Source: Podarcis gaigeae (Eukaryota). From it: 64,000 nucleotides of DNA. The notes below the pieces were generated by a model. That model saw nothing but the letters and a program-made list of their open reading frames with translations. It was not told where the DNA came from and made no database searches. This document shows positions 62,617-64,000 of this stretch, in pieces. Location of the stretch: NCBI GenBank assembly GCA_964106915.2, contig OZ066925.1. One strand, 5' to 3'. Positions within the stretch are counted from its first letter, which is position 1, and each line of letters begins with the position of its first letter. The translations under genes were made by a program, and so were the position numbers.

Positions 62617-64000
62617 CTCACACACCACATAAGGATCCCACAGCTATACAAATTCTGGAGCTGACAATCAATGGGAACAAGTTTTTTGGTGGTGGGAGAA
62701 GAAAACCAGAGCAGGTGAAAGATGTCCACCCTCTCCTGCCCCGGCTGCAGTGAGCTGGCAAAGGCATAGGAAACGGTTGTAACTCCACCATGGAATCTTC
62801 ATGAACACATGCATTGCTTTGCAATCCTCCCCTCCCACTATAGACCCCCTACAAATATTAGCAAAACAAATGCCTAGTAAACAAATATCAATCTTATATT
62901 TGAGAATGATGAATATTTGTATTTCATTAATCAACTAGAAGTTGTGAACTTTGCCAATGTGGATAGCATACCACTTGTAAGTTAGAGTGAGTTCAGGGAG
63001 GGAAACTTTGTAACTGTAAGAAATGTTGGTACTGGTGATCCCCTTTTCCTGGAAATTTGCTGAGTGTGTTTCTTTGTTTAATTTTAAGTTGCACAGGCTT
63101 CCATTGCAGGCATTTCAGGTATAAGATATTCCACTCAATGTAGAACTAGGCAATCTATTTGGTTCTCTCCAATGTTATGAACTTTTTAAAAAATAGCAGG
63201 GAGGGGGAAATTTCTATAAAAAAGCATGGGGGGATTAGTACTAAAATATCAGCAAGGAAACCTAGGACTGACTGAATATGTTCAGTCAAACATGCACAAC
63301 TACTATCCAGTGAAAGCACCAGTAAAACTGTGTTACAATACTTATTAAACAAGTATTGATACTCAAAAGCTATTTTAGGACTGTAGTCCTACACATTAGG
63401 GACTAAGCCTCAATGAACAGAGCAGGACACACTTTCAAACAAACATGTATGGGGCAGTGCTGTAAGCAATTTAAAGATGACATATGTGTAATACTTCATG
63501 CTCGCACTTTTCTGATTTCCCCCAAGCTAGATCTTTTAATCAAAATGAGTTGCAAGGCTGATATAGAGGTTGGGTGCCAGTGCTGCTTTTAAGTTCCTTT
63601 CATTTTACATAGATAGCAGTATTAGTCAAGTGCTCACTGTGCAAGGCATCTCCGTCTCCAGCTCTTATGCTGATAGAAATCCACTAGCACCACCCTGCAC
63701 CTTTCATTCTGGAATGTACATATCTGAACAAAATGAAAGAGACAGATCAAAATAGAAAGTTCCTGTCTGACACGTACCAACAATGTACATAAATCCTGAG
63801 AAAAGAACTTATCAAAACAATACTTCTTCAATAGTCACAATAAATGCTATCAGGTCAAGTGAACTTTTAAACAGCTGATCACAGGATGAACAGGAAATGT
63901 AAATAAAAAACGTATTTTACTGCATAGTTAACTAGTATGCATCTGCCTCACAATGATTAGGTGCAGCCTTAGGCGAATCATTATATATTAGCCTCAGCCA

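Noticed and set aside
1-64000. CRISPR array, prokaryotic operon or novel multi-gene system
   Set aside because: There is no repeat-spacer periodicity or operon-like ORF density; the window is explained by one spliced vertebrate gene plus transposon remnants.

Overview
Vertebrate (most likely squamate/lizard, inferred from its repeat content) AT-rich genomic DNA. It holds almost all of the sorting nexin-13 gene (SNX13; TM-PXA-RGS-PX-C-nexin) on the minus strand. I mapped 25 coding exons (orthologous exons 2-26) from 45251 down to the TGA at 6402-6404, all with GT-AG boundaries and compatible phases. They total 2895 nt; adding the 12-nt coding part of exon 1 gives 968 aa, the recalled length of the long human isoform. 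A ~3.4 kb 3'UTR runs to a likely poly(A) signal at 2964-2969. Positions 45252-64000 are intron 1; exon 1 and the promoter are outside the window or in the 200-N gap at 52466-52665. The introns carry CR1, L2, L1 and RTE-BovB LINE fragments, tRNA-derived SINEs, hAT and Tc1/mariner (Tigger-like) MITEs, microsatellites and small duplications or palindromes. I found no evidence of a wholly new multi-gene system. The best second-look items are an in-frame alternative acceptor (11 aa) at the PX-domain exon, four miR-25/92 seed sites in the 3'UTR, a back-to-back L2/L2 junction at a homologous position, a templated-insertion scar, nested TE insertions and several hairpins. Orthology and repeat-family names come from recall, not from database searches.
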